IMG/VR virus record: IMGVR_UViG_3300005732_000005
Span: 76,375 to 140,374 of that record
Length of the DNA stretch: 64,000 bases
Strand: one strand, 5' to 3'
Origin: a virus
Shown here one piece after another: positions 32,601 through 43,256 of the stretch. The translations under genes and the position numbers were made by a program. The stretch's first letter is position 1; each line of letters opens with the position of its first letter. Under the pieces are notes generated by a model. The model saw only the letters and a program-made list of their open reading frames with translations, searched no databases and was not told the origin of the DNA.

Positions 32601-33061
32601 CTAATTAAAAATTTTACCAAAAAGTTTATTTATTTTCTGCGAGTATCTTACACTAAAGACTTTCAAAAGTAAACCTATTAATGTAAATAATCCTAGTAAG
32701 AAAATGCCCGTCATTCCCAGAAAGAATACCATTGCCCCGAGAATGAATCCTATTAGTAGTGATAATTTGTTCATAGTTAATCTCTCCAACCTAATAATTT
32801 AGCTACAATATTTTCGTGCTGGTTAAACACACCTTTAGGCCAACAACTTAATTGAGAATTACCTGCAACATAGGTGATCAATTCTTCCTGTGTTTGCTCC
32901 AAACAATTAATACCTACGTCCTTCCTGCCATACAAATAAGGATAGGCAATTTGCTTTAAAGCTTTACGTTCCTCACCTTTAATACTTTCATCTTGGAGTA
33001 GTTGGATAAGTTTTAACGTATCTACGTCACCCTCGCAGATAAATTGTGTTTCTTTAGTCAT
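32601..33061 (-). CDS. small membrane protein (32601-32774) and hypothetical protein (32777-33061)
   Basis: hydrophobic ORF plus a 94 aa ORF with RBS. Confidence 0.55.
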
Positions 33062-33084
33062 AATCTTCTCCTATAATTTTTAAA

Positions 33085-33864
33085 TTAACTCTTAACAACA
33101 CCCTTAAACACTTGAGCGATTTCATTGATATTCATTTTACTCTTTGCTTCGAATAAGTCAAGACTTTCTTGAACAATTTTTGTTGTGCAGACAATATTAT
33201 CTTTAGAGACAGGTTTTGTCTTATCCTTCACCCACACAGAACGGTCTGACAAGCTCTCTGGCAAACTATTTCCTGTTAGCTGACACTTCTTACGCAAGAG
33301 AGTTCTTTTGTAGTCAGAGAATCGTACATCAAGCCTGCCACCACTGTCAACAATTAGTTCTCCCCACTCAGAGAACATCTTAGTAACATTCACTTCTTCT
33401 AAACGTTTCTTTCTCTCACGAGCTTCATTTGCCAGACGAATATTCTCTTTAGCAATGTTACTCTTGATGTCAAGGTATGGCTTCTGTCGATCAGATAATA
33501 CTTCTGGAGAGTTGAATAGTTTTGTCAAGGATTTGACAAGGTTTTCTTCCTCCACAGTGTTTGCGACAAGGGATTCTCCTCTATCGATAATAACGTTCTT
33601 GATGTCATTGGCTACCTTTGTCACCCATACACAGTTTTCAAGAGAGTAAGGCATCTCTGAGTTGATACGTTCTATCGTAGGGTAGTAATTATGGTTACTG
33701 CTTTTATTGAAAACAAACTTCTTGTTGGTATAAGCACAATTCTCCGTAGAGCGTAATTTGTAAAAGTGTTCAAACTCTTCAAGAGAGAAATTCCATGCAA
33801 GGTTACGTTTTGCTGCAAGTTCTTTCTTGTGGTTGTAATATTCTTTGATAGACATGTTTGACAT
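33085..33864 (-). CDS. T4 Srd-like protein with a duplicated His-Me-finger-like domain
   Basis: AAKRNLAWNFSLEEF...CAYT...TIERIN...Y..ENCVWV...AN; degenerate second copy CQLTG...PVSKDNIV. Confidence 0.5.
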   Translation of the reverse strand: MSNMSIKEYYNHKKELAAKRNLAWNFSLEEFEHFYKLRSTENCAYTNKKFVFNKSSNHNYYPTIERINSEMPYSLENCVWVTKVANDIKNVIIDRGESLVANTVEEENLVKSLTKLFNSPEVLSDRQKPYLDIKSNIAKENIRLANEARERKKRLEEVNVTKMFSEWGELIVDSGGRLDVRFSDYKRTLLRKKCQLTGNSLPESLSDRSVWVKDKTKPVSKDNIVCTTKIVQESLDLFEAKSKMNINEIAQVFKGVVKS

Positions 33865-33993
33865 AAATTATTCTCCAATTGATTAACTGTGATAATGATA
33901 ACCTTGGTGGTGAGGGGTGTCAACAATTATTTGAAATAAATTTTATATAAAAAGCCCACTCTCCGAAGAGAATGAGCTTTTGTTAAGGAGAGA

Positions 33994-34293
33994 TTAATCC
34001 TCTAGTTTACGTAGTTCTTTTAAGTGAGACATACCTTTAGAAAGATCCTTCTCTTTATTCTTACGAATATAGTTGGCAAATTGAAGAAGATCCTTGTTGT
34101 TAGAGAGCTCCTTTGCAGAAAACTTTGTACGGGATTTACTAGTTCCACGACCATTAGTGATCTCTATAGAAATAATATCCTCTGCATTTAGGCTTTCTAG
34201 CTGAAGGATAAGTTCTTTAACAACCTCTACATTTTCTTCAAGAATATGTTCCATCTCATCAGGCATACCTTTGAACATTTTACTTTTTGACAT
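33994..34293 (-). CDS. hypothetical protein
   Basis: 99 aa, GAGGTG RBS, followed by a terminator at ~33950-33980. Confidence 0.6.
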   Translation of the reverse strand: MSKSKMFKGMPDEMEHILEENVEVVKELILQLESLNAEDIISIEITNGRGTSKSRTKFSAKELSNNKDLLQFANYIRKNKEKDLSKGMSHLKELRKLED

Positions 34294-34499
34294 AATACAT
34301 CACCTCTTAGATAAATGTCTGTAGGAGAAGTATTTCCCCTACAAAAGTATTATATCACGAAAGAGACTATTCTGGAAAAGGGTGTTCCTCTGAGTAAGGG
34401 TATTTGTTGTAGAGAGTGATTTCTGTGGTCATGTTATTTCTCCTAAATATTTAATCTGTTAATTATATTACTGTGTGAAAGTTAAGTTGTCAAGGGAAT

Positions 34500-34730
34500 T
34501 TAATTAAATTGCAACTTAATAAACTCTCCTCGAAGATTGCACACATTCTGCTTATTACTTCTATAAGCAAGGTAACTTTCCCAAGATAATCCATGACTTC
34601 TATGAGCAGGAACTCTGTAAACATTAATCAACTCCACACCAAGATCATTCTTCCAAAGATATAACCCTTCTGAGTTAATATGATTACCTGTGAAAAGGGA
34701 TTTATCTATTTTAAGGGTTGGTACTTTCAT
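34500..34730 (-). CDS. hypothetical protein
   Basis: 76 aa, GGAG RBS, TTGACA promoter upstream. Confidence 0.55.
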   Translation of the reverse strand: MKVPTLKIDKSLFTGNHINSEGLYLWKNDLGVELINVYRVPAHRSHGLSWESYLAYRSNKQNVCNLRGEFIKLQFN

Positions 34731-34865
34731 AATATTATTTTCTCCAAAAGGTTTGTTTCGTTGAGAGGTATATTAGGGGAAAAGGAGGTGGATGTCAAGG
34801 GGGAATTTTGGGAAAAGTTTTTGTTGGGGAGGTGGGTGGACACGCTAGGTGTCCGATGTGGGAGG

Positions 34866-35933
34866 TCACACAATAGATGTGTATCGTTCTTGACGAACCA
34901 GAGGGTAGATGTTGCCATCAAAGAGTTTATAGCATTTTTGAGGAGGAAGATCCTCCTTGACAACCTTCATCGTTGTCTGGTGAGGCTTATTCTGAAACTT
35001 GTACCATAAGCACTCATTGGTCTTCCCAGTTTTATTGGTGTAGAAACCCTTACTTCCCGTAGAAACATTATAACCTGAAAGAATTCCAGCAAGATGAACA
35101 CCTTCAGATATATTTGTCCAGTTCTGAGTGATAACTTTTATACCATTTTTACTAAGGTGTCCATCTGCTTTTTGAAAAGCATCCATAAAGGCTTCGACAT
35201 TACTGGTCGGTTGATCAATAATAAACCCAACAAGGTCTATTTTATATTTACAAAGTCTTTCAAACCCTAATTTTTCCCAGTAATCCCTGAACCATTGAGA
35301 CTCTATGTAGTAGTTTCTGCATACGTTTGGTGACCGTTTTCTCTTGTGTGAGAAAGATAAGCAGCCTAACCTATTCATTAAGTTTTCTATCTCCTTGCCA
35401 TACTTGTTATCATTCTGAGTTACTGTTGCAATGACACCTTTCCTTTTACCAAAAGATGCTGATGTCCTCTCAGATTTCTTGCTCCAACTTATATATCCGT
35501 CAGATAATAACCACCCTAGTAATCTACACTCGTCTTCTGTTATATTAGTTTCACTGTTGTTCCGAAATGTAGCGCTGTTTCTGATATGGAATTCGCAAGA
35601 TAAATTGTCCACATTCCTATGATCCAAAATATGTTTTCTGGAATTATCTGATAGAGTCATTCTCCTATATCCAAAAACTTTGTTGTCCTTTGAATACTTA
35701 AATTTCCAAAAACTATGTGATAACTCTACAACGCCCTTAAAACCTTCATGGATATTCTCAATAGTGTACCAAGAGTATTTGAATTCTTGGTCGGAACAAA
35801 GGATCTCTGTACCATTATAAATGTTCCAGACGGGTTTCCAACCTTGTTTAGTTAAGACATAACTGTCATCCGTAATCCAAGAATCAGATTCCATGTCACT
35901 TCTTTCATGTAAAATAATGTTGCTCAAACTCAA
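34866..35933 (-). mobile_element. free-standing intein-derived LAGLIDADG homing endonuclease (splicing residues lost)
   Basis: TTG start after AAGGAG; Hint block A-like WITDDSYVLTKQGWKPV; LAGLIDADG motifs LLGWLLSDG and FMDAFQKADG; block F/G-like KCYKL...LVRQERYTSIV with no terminal (H/G)N. Confidence 0.75.
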
Positions 35934-35960
35934 TATTTTCTCCTTATTTATTAATAAACA

Positions 35961-35985
35961 AAAATACCACCCCGAAGGGTGGTTA
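35961..35985 (-). terminator. intrinsic terminator after DNA polymerase
   Basis: ACCACCC-TTCG-GGGTGGT-ATTTTT on the - strand. Confidence 0.8.
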
Positions 35986-35992
35986 GTTAAAA

Positions 35993-36418
35993 TTAGTGTG
36001 CTCCAGCCCACCCTTCTGTGTGATGAGCTACCAAGTATTCCCCTGTAATGTGTACAGGACAGTTTAATTCCTTGTAGGCATCCTCTATACACCTTACCAT
36101 TAACTCACCTGCTCTGGAGTAGCACCTTCCTATACTTCCGTCCTCAAGAACTTTAGTATTACCTGAAAGTATAAATTTTCCACCCTCAAGATTATCAGCC
36201 TGATCTTTTGCCTCTATGATACACTTGAGTTGCTCCATTGTCATGTTGTATTCTTTTAGCATTTCTTTAGCTGTCTTATAGGGCTTCCCTTTTGATTTAG
36301 CTTTCTTAGATTTAGCTACATCTGCAAGTAATCTTTTTACAAGGTCTTGATCTGAAAAACCTGTTTCAAATCTCTTCCATCGGACAAGTTTGTCTGGAAC
36401 TTGTAGCTGGTATTCATC
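35993..36418 (-). CDS. polA: DNA polymerase family A, exon 3
   Basis: begins DEYQLQV, completing motif C (YYH|DE); ends GWAGAH. Confidence 0.9.
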   Translation of the reverse strand, partial: DEYQLQVPDKLVRWKRFETGFSDQDLVKRLLADVAKSKKAKSKGKPYKTAKEMLKEYNMTMEQLKCIIEAKDQADNLEGGKFILSGNTKVLEDGSIGRCYSRAGELMVRCIEDAYKELNCPVHITGEYLVAHHTEGWAGAH

Positions 36419-36647
36419 CTTCCTGTTATAAGAGTCGTTAGCTCTTTCTGAGATCACTCTCAGTGTCGGGTCATATCACATTCCACGAGGGAATCCCACC
36501 GTTTCAGATACACTTGTATCCTACGAACAACTACGTTCTGACCTCCGCACGTTCCCTTTCGGGCTTCGCTCAGGATTACCTCGTAAGGCTTCCCTGAATT
36601 AGATGGGTTTTTCGACATACATTGCTGTATGAAGCCACAATGAGTTT
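36419..36647 (-). ncRNA. group I intron (IA-type, no ORF), 229 nt
   Basis: P1 CCAU|AA...UUGUGG with U.G at the 5' splice site; P AAUUCAGGGAA, Q AAUCCUGAGC, P3 CCCAUC/GGUGGG, P7 GGUCA/UGACC, terminal G; removal restores HDE in frame. Confidence 0.92.
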
Positions 36648-36980
36648 ATGGTAGTAAATGGTCCTAGCTACACCCTTATCCAACAAACCTTCTTCTAAAG
36701 CTCTCTCGTGCCACAAAATACCTGCCAAATCCATCCCTATAGCTCCTGCACTTTGGAGATAACAATTTAACAATGAGTGCTTACTTCGTGTCCAGATTTT
36801 TCTTCCGTCAACGGCAACGATATACTTTTTACCTGAAGATTCCCAAACTTTCTCTAGATGTTCCTTTCTTTTCTTTAATCCGATGTTTCCATCCCAGAAA
36901 GCATCAATAACTTTTTGTCCTACTTCCTTACTTACTCCTAACATATTTGCTATTTTAGGGGCTGCTGCACCATACATTAT
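36648..36980 (-). CDS. polA: DNA polymerase family A, exon 2
   Basis: IMYGAAAPKIA...DGRKI...HSLLNCYLQSAGA...TIYYH; 333 nt. Confidence 0.9.
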
Positions 36981-37274
36981 CGTTACAGTCACACAAGGTC
37001 GTTAATCTTGCGCGGTTCTCTTATGAACTCCTGTACGTCTCCGTACAGACTAGACTATATCTTTCTCTTCAACTTTACTTGTTAAGAGATCTGCCGTTTC
37101 GATTTAAAGCTTTCCGCTACCACTTGGCTCTACTCCCATCTCAGGGATAGTCGTTACACGTTCAAGAACATAATGTTCAAGCTTCGCTCGGTATTGTCTC
37201 TTCAAAAGAAGTAACTTCCACCGAATTAGACAGTATTCAATTATAGGTTTCCCTATAAAGGGGCTAATTATTTA
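36981..37274 (-). ncRNA. group I intron (IA-type, no ORF), 294 nt
   Basis: P1 GGU|UAA-AUAA-UUAGCC with U.G; P AAUUCGGUGGAA, Q AAUACCGAGC, R GUAACGACUA, S AAGAUAUAGUCUA, terminal G; removal gives KGITYG|IMYG. Confidence 0.95.
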
Positions 37275-39233
37275 ACCATAAGTGATGCCTTTGCCACCTT
37301 GCCTAGTTACCTCCCTTCCTGCAGCCTTGGAGTAGTTTTCAGCATTTCTTGAGTGAGCATCTTCTTCCTCCATTATCCTAAGATATTCTCCTCCGTCAAA
37401 GTCATAGGCTGCCCACGCTGCACACATCCCTTCCAAGTTACTACCATCGATACCTAGTTGCCAGAATCCTTTTGGAACGGTGAATAAGCTCCTCATTTCA
37501 TGACCTAAAAGTGCATCTGTAGAAGGTATATTTGCTATAACTGAGTGTTTTCTGCGATTCGTATTGGTCAGACCACTATATCTTGCAGGTAATTTACCAT
37601 CTATTTTCAGACGAGGGTGGTTCAGCCAACCAGTTTCCTTATCTTCGTCAAAAGCTTTAATTACCGACCTCCTGTTACGAAGAGATAGCCACTTAACTAT
37701 CTGACCCGCCATCTCACCATCAATCTTTTCCAGATTAGGGCAAAGCTCCCCACGATCATCTTTCAACTTTGCAGACATCGGTAAGAATCTTCCCTTTTTA
37801 ACCACCCTTTGCATATCTTTGTGCTTCTCAGAGGTGATTTTCCTAATATCGAAGCCCATCTCCTCATTAATCCATTTTATGTAGATGGAGTCCTTCTTAT
37901 CCTGCACCCATTCCCATGCCCTTTCCAAGACTTCAAATTCTGGGCGGTTCTTCTTGTTCTCGTCTCTTGTAACATCTTTTGTTCCTAGTATGGTAGGTAT
38001 CCAACCACCTTCCTTAACCAACCACTCCTTTATATCTGCCTGATTAGCTAGTTTCATCGGCTCTTTTAAGAACTCTTCTGGAATATGTCTATCCTCTAAT
38101 TGTTTTCTTAGTTTCTTCATCTGGTCATCAGGTAAAGGAACTAAGGTATTAGCTTTATTAAGCTGACCACGTATAAAATCGGGCATCTTATCTTCATCCT
38201 CCACACCCATCTTAATACAATAGTTATAACCGTTCTTACTTAGAGATCCGTCCTTCTTAAAGGCAGTTTTCGGAGGAGATACGTGTTGAAAGTATTCCTC
38301 ATTAGGTTTGTAGCCTAAATACTTTCTTGCATAGTTCCATCCGTGACTACTTATTTCCCCTGCCTTATCAAAAGGATTAGCTGGAAAGTTAGGTTGACGA
38401 CTCTCAGGTACATGTTTTAAAGGCAGTTTGGGTTCCACATCTTCCTCTATTTCCCTCATCATACTATCCACTTTCTCAAGCAATTTCCAAGCAGCCTTTT
38501 CATCGAAGACTACTCCCTGCTCCTCTTGGATTTGCATCAGATAGTCTGATTGAGAATTTCTTAATAAGGGAACTCTCCAATCAATACCCTTATCCTTCCC
38601 ATCCTGAGATTCTTTAACCAAAGCTTGCCATTGCAATTCATTTATGATCACATCAACCCATACTCTGTCGCAATACTTCCACAAAGGTAGCCCTCTCCAG
38701 TCTTCTATTTGAACTTTTTGATTTGCAAGCTTATAGCCCCAGCTCTCTAATGAATGGCTGCCAATCGTCTTAGCCTTACCTCCAGAAGGATTCTTAACCT
38801 TAGAGGGACATCCGTGAGGTAATGGTCGGTCAGGGTATAGTGCCCTTGACATACTTAGTGTATCAAACAATCTTAGTTTTCTACTACCAATACTTTCTGG
38901 AAACATACTTGATTCCAATCCAAATTGATCAGCGATTGCCAGCAAATCGAATCCAAACTGGTTTTGACAACCTATAGCAGAAATGTCAGAGTCGTTCTCA
39001 ATCCAATCAGGAAACTCTTTTAAATCTTTAATTCTTAGGTTGACATTTTTCTTATCAACAAATTCTTTTGCTTCTTTAAACTCGGGATGGGAGTGATCAA
39101 GAAAGATCACCCAATCATCTTTTGCATATTGTTTAAAGAGCATTACGTGAAAGTGCGTCATATGGTCTTCAGGTGCAATGCTTTTACCAGCTAAACCGTC
39201 ACTTTCAGTATCGTAAATATATAAGCCCTTCAA
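37275..39233 (-). CDS. polA: DNA polymerase family A, exon 1 (3'-5' exonuclease, motifs A and B); spliced product ~905 aa
   Basis: ExoI YDTESDG, ExoII NQFGFD, motif A GIDGSNLE, motif B RQGGKGITYG. Confidence 0.93.
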
Positions 39234-39246
39234 TACTTATCTCCTC

Positions 39247-41019
39247 TTAAAATGGTTCATCATCTTCCATATCTTCTTCGAAGTCGGGTAGAGGATCAAA
39301 GGTTTCTTCCTTCTCGTCGTCCCCTGCAACCGCTACCTCAGGTTCTTGATATCTTTGAACAGGTGTCCATTCACTCAACCTTTGACAGTATTCATCTTCA
39401 AGAAAGCCTTCAGGAGGCTCATCCAGAACCCCTGTATCTACATCATAGAACAAAGGTATTTTTGCTGTCCTACCGAACTTCCTATCATCTAGAACTAGGA
39501 AATGCCGTGTGTTTCTGACTTTTTCTGGTTGCTCAGGATCTTTATTGCCTTCTAATCCGAACATGTAGTGACAGGCTTGCATCATCGATCTAGATCCACG
39601 GAACTGACTACTCATAATCTTACCACCAAACTCGTGAGAAGGACCTCTCTCGGGAGCTTTCAGGTGGCAAAAGCAGTAGTAAGTAAAACCTAAATCTTGA
39701 CTCATCTTACTAATCTCATCAGCAAATCTTTCCAACTCTGTGTTGGCTTCTGCAGCACTCATACCAGCAGTTAAACGAGTAATAGGATCAATAAAAATAT
39801 CCTCTATATGCTCTACTAATACAGCGTGTCGTATAGCCCCCTTCAACTCATCCCAATTACAACGACCATAGTTATTGTACATCACTAATTTATGACCTAC
39901 AGAGTCTACAGCTTCTGTCAATTCTTCATGAGTGAAGTAACTATTTTTAACAGTTTCATCTAAAGGGTTTCCCCATATATCTACTTCATTACCTTCGTTA
40001 TTTATGAATATAATTTTCTCAGGATCAGAAAAGTTCTTCCTGTAAAACTTACCTGCTACTTTCTTGACAGTTTCATCTGGTTGCTCTTCAAATTTGAACA
40101 GAGCTACCTTTTGCGGATCTCCAAGTTTGTTTTTATCGTGAGTTGTTATGTGCTCAGTCAAAGTATCTACGATAACAGATTTACCCATCTTAACCCCTGC
40201 ACCAAAGTAATACCCCTCGCCTATACGTCTACCTAACGTAACTTTAGTAAGGCTTTTCCAAGGCCAAGGTTTACCTAGTGTAGGTAACTCAATAGCTTTA
40301 TCACGGATTTCATCATATTTAACAAAACCTTCAGGTGTAAACTGGATCGGCTTCATTAACGTCCAATAAAACTCTTCCTCTCCAAGTTCTTCCCAAGCTT
40401 CGCAAGGGTCTTTATCTTCAGGTAAACTCACAACTTTGATATCTGGTAGGAGTCCATACACATTTGCCGTTGCTTCTTTACCCTTAACAATACCTTTTAC
40501 TTTTTCATCGGCCGTTGCAGAATCGTTGTCAAAACATAGTATGTTTTCTGGGAACTTTTTCAAGTACTTTAAGTTATGTTTTTGGCCTATATTTTGAACT
40601 GCTGTAGCCGTACCGTTAGATATTGAAACAACACTTGGATTCCCAGAGGGATATTTGTTTTTTAGAGTTTGCCAAACAATCATGGCATCAAATTCACCTT
40701 CTGTGATCCAAATCTTCTTACCTCCAGTCTTATTGGATGCGTGAGTGCCAAACAAATCACATTTTATACCTTGATAACCAACCACATCAAAATGTCCTGC
40801 CTGCTGTTTAGGTTTTGTTAAATCTCTTTTCTTAAAACCTACAAGCTCTCCGTCAATGTGGTAAGGGAAGTAATAGGCGATAGGAGTTATACCGTCTTTA
40901 CCACTGTAAGCAGTTCTAACACCGAATTTCTCTGCAGTTTTCTTACCGATACCTCTACTATCGATCGCATCACAAGGGTAATTTAATATGTCCTCTAAAG
41001 TCTCTTTTGTGTAAGTCAT
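39247..41019 (-). CDS. T7 gp4-like primase-helicase
   Basis: TOPRIM ITEGEFD / CFDND / KDPCE; Walker A GAGVKMGKS; IFIDPIT, CHL, FRGSRS; acidic tail DDEPF; alternative TTG start at 41073. Confidence 0.9.
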   Translation of the reverse strand: MTYTKETLEDILNYPCDAIDSRGIGKKTAEKFGVRTAYSGKDGITPIAYYFPYHIDGELVGFKKRDLTKPKQQAGHFDVVGYQGIKCDLFGTHASNKTGGKKIWITEGEFDAMIVWQTLKNKYPSGNPSVVSISNGTATAVQNIGQKHNLKYLKKFPENILCFDNDSATADEKVKGIVKGKEATANVYGLLPDIKVVSLPEDKDPCEAWEELGEEEFYWTLMKPIQFTPEGFVKYDEIRDKAIELPTLGKPWPWKSLTKVTLGRRIGEGYYFGAGVKMGKSVIVDTLTEHITTHDKNKLGDPQKVALFKFEEQPDETVKKVAGKFYRKNFSDPEKIIFINNEGNEVDIWGNPLDETVKNSYFTHEELTEAVDSVGHKLVMYNNYGRCNWDELKGAIRHAVLVEHIEDIFIDPITRLTAGMSAAEANTELERFADEISKMSQDLGFTYYCFCHLKAPERGPSHEFGGKIMSSQFRGSRSMMQACHYMFGLEGNKDPEQPEKVRNTRHFLVLDDRKFGRTAKIPLFYDVDTGVLDEPPEGFLEDEYCQRLSEWTPVQRYQEPEVAVAGDDEKEETFDPLPDFEEDMEDDEPF

Positions 41020-41059
41020 CTTCTTATTACCCCCTGTTCTTTTGTTCTTATAATAACCA

Positions 41060-41551
41060 TCAGAATTTCCCAATTTCCATCTCCTCTAACTTTTTCAAAC
41101 CGTCACTAGCCTCACAAGCTAATCTATCCGCTAAGTCATTCATTGGGTGGTCGGAATGCCCTTTTACCCACTCCCATTCTACAGAGTGATATTGGCAAAG
41201 CTTATCTAACTTTTGAATAAGGTCTTTGTTCTTAACATCCTTACCGTTAGCCGTTTTCCACCCTCGCCTTTTCCAACCACTCAACCAAGTTGTCATACAT
41301 TGTATACAATACTTGGAGTCCGTTATTAACTTCACATTGCAAGGCTCCTTTAAAGACTCCAATGCTAAGATACATGCTGTGAGTTCCGAGATATTGTTAG
41401 TCCCTTCAGGTATAGGATGCGAAATCTCTTTCATTTTACCTTTATACAACAAAACAACTCCTGCTCCACCATGATACTTAGTTTTGTCCTTTATTTGTTT
41501 TATAGCACTTCCGTCTGTGTAGGCTACAACACACTTCCTCTCCCCACTCAC
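41060..41551 (-). CDS. rnhA: ribonuclease HI
   Basis: YTDGS, TNNISEL, TDSKY, WKRRGWKT, VKNKDL, WVKGHSDHPMNDLAD. Confidence 0.95.
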   Translation of the reverse strand: MSGERKCVVAYTDGSAIKQIKDKTKYHGGAGVVLLYKGKMKEISHPIPEGTNNISELTACILALESLKEPCNVKLITDSKYCIQCMTTWLSGWKRRGWKTANGKDVKNKDLIQKLDKLCQYHSVEWEWVKGHSDHPMNDLADRLACEASDGLKKLEEMEIGKF

Positions 41552-43141
41552 AACTCTCTCCCCAAAACACCCACACAATTATCCAAACTCCCTTCCACAA
41601 AACATTCCTTCACGACAACAAACCCTTTCTCAAGTAAACTTCTTGCTGTAAGGGTTGTGTAAATTCTTGCACAAGTGTTGTCCTTGTAATAACTAAAACT
41701 CTGTTTACCATTATCCATTTGGAACACATATATTATTTTTCCAAAAGATATCTGTATAAGCATAGTTTTCTGAGCACTGGTTAATTTATCCATCAAAACA
41801 CCCTCATATCAAAACTATAATTTATCCGATGACATAACGCTTTTGCAGATTGTCTATCTATTCCTAATAAATCAGCAAATTGTTGGTGTAAATCTACTCC
41901 TTCTGCAATTAACAGATTTGCCTTAGGTTGTTTATACACTTTAACAAAAGCTAATATCTGTTCATCATTAATAAAAGTATAATCCATCTTGCTCTACCTC
42001 CTTTTCTTCGTAACAACTGTTCATATGATCATACCACTCATCAAACTCTTCGTAAAGACTTTTATACTCACCTGATATAATGTAAGGCTCGAACATTTCA
42101 AAAAGGTTTTCTATCTGACTTTCATAGTTCTTCAGTTCCGCTGTACCTTTTACATGCAACAAATCATCTTCTGCTTCAATCATTTGAACACTTGTAAACC
42201 ACCCTTTCCGACCATTATTAAAGAATTTGTAATCTTTAAAATGAGGAGGGTAAATCTTATATGTAAAGTGTTCACTTTCGCTGTGTGGTTCTTTCAGCCA
42301 CTCAATAAGTTCTATCAAGTTGGTATCTTTCTGCAATACTAAGTCATACTTGAGTTCCGTATACATACCCATCTCTATCCTCCAATCTTCATAACAACAT
42401 TATGTACCATTGCCAAATATTTTTCAGCAGCACGTTCCCATAATAAATCTTCCACTTGTTTAATGCAAACTTTAATATCTCCATCTTCTTCTAAATCAGA
42501 TAATTTTATGTCCAACCTCTTTGGTAGGAGATCATAAGCATCCACATAAACCTCTATAATATAATTACAGAAAGACCAATCTACAGCAAGGAATTCATCT
42601 TCAAGTATACCTGTGATAACACCTTTTGTGATATCAGGGCAACCACTTTCCGTCTTTTCCAACCCAATCATCTTCGCCAATTCTACTTTATTCATTACCA
42701 CTCTCCATAAGACGACCCCACTCTTCACTTAAAATCTTCTCTACAGATTCTCTGTGGTATTTCAATTGTGACAAATGATTCCATAAAACAGGATTCACTT
42801 CCACCTTAAAGAACTCTGGAGCAATGTCCTTAAACCCTTCATCAAGATTATAATACTCTTGAATCATTAATATTTCATATTCGTTTGGTAACTTACTCAT
42901 CACCTACCCCTCTTTCTAAAACAGTATTTTTATAAGAGTTTAGATCCCATTCAGTTGGGTCACCTTTACACCAAACACCTGCCTGACCTGAAAAATATTC
43001 CGACATATAATTTACAGTACTCCCTTTCTCAGCACAAAGCTTTTCAGCATAATAAATATCTACACCATCGATTGTTTGCCAAAAACAACCTGACAAGGAT
43101 AGTACTCCTGCAGTAATAATTGACATCTTAATTTTACTCAT
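41548..43141 (-). CDS. run of small hypothetical genes, including a lipoprotein (42893-43141)
   Basis: coupled ORFs; LSLSGC lipobox in the last. Confidence 0.55.
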
Positions 43142-43256
43142 AACAAATATTTCCTCCGTCTATCCACTATTTTAATATATTAATACCTATCTTTAGTGAT
43201 TGTCAATCACTAATTAGACAAATTTGTATTTATTTAAAATAATGTTATAATTAAGT

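Noticed and set aside
35934-36092. 5' extension of the 408-aa ORF, or an in-frame intein within polA
   Set aside because: The extension overlaps the polA end in another frame and crosses a terminator; a good RBS plus TTG lies at 35933, and polA ends normally
35993-39233. polA as a pseudogene, frameshifted gene or three separate genes
   Set aside because: Both gaps carry full group I intron cores, and precise removal restores motifs B and C in frame
41060-41073. RNase H-primase fusion by frameshift at GGGAAAT
   Set aside because: The primase frame is +1 relative to RNase H, not -1, and the primase has its own RBS and ATG at 41019
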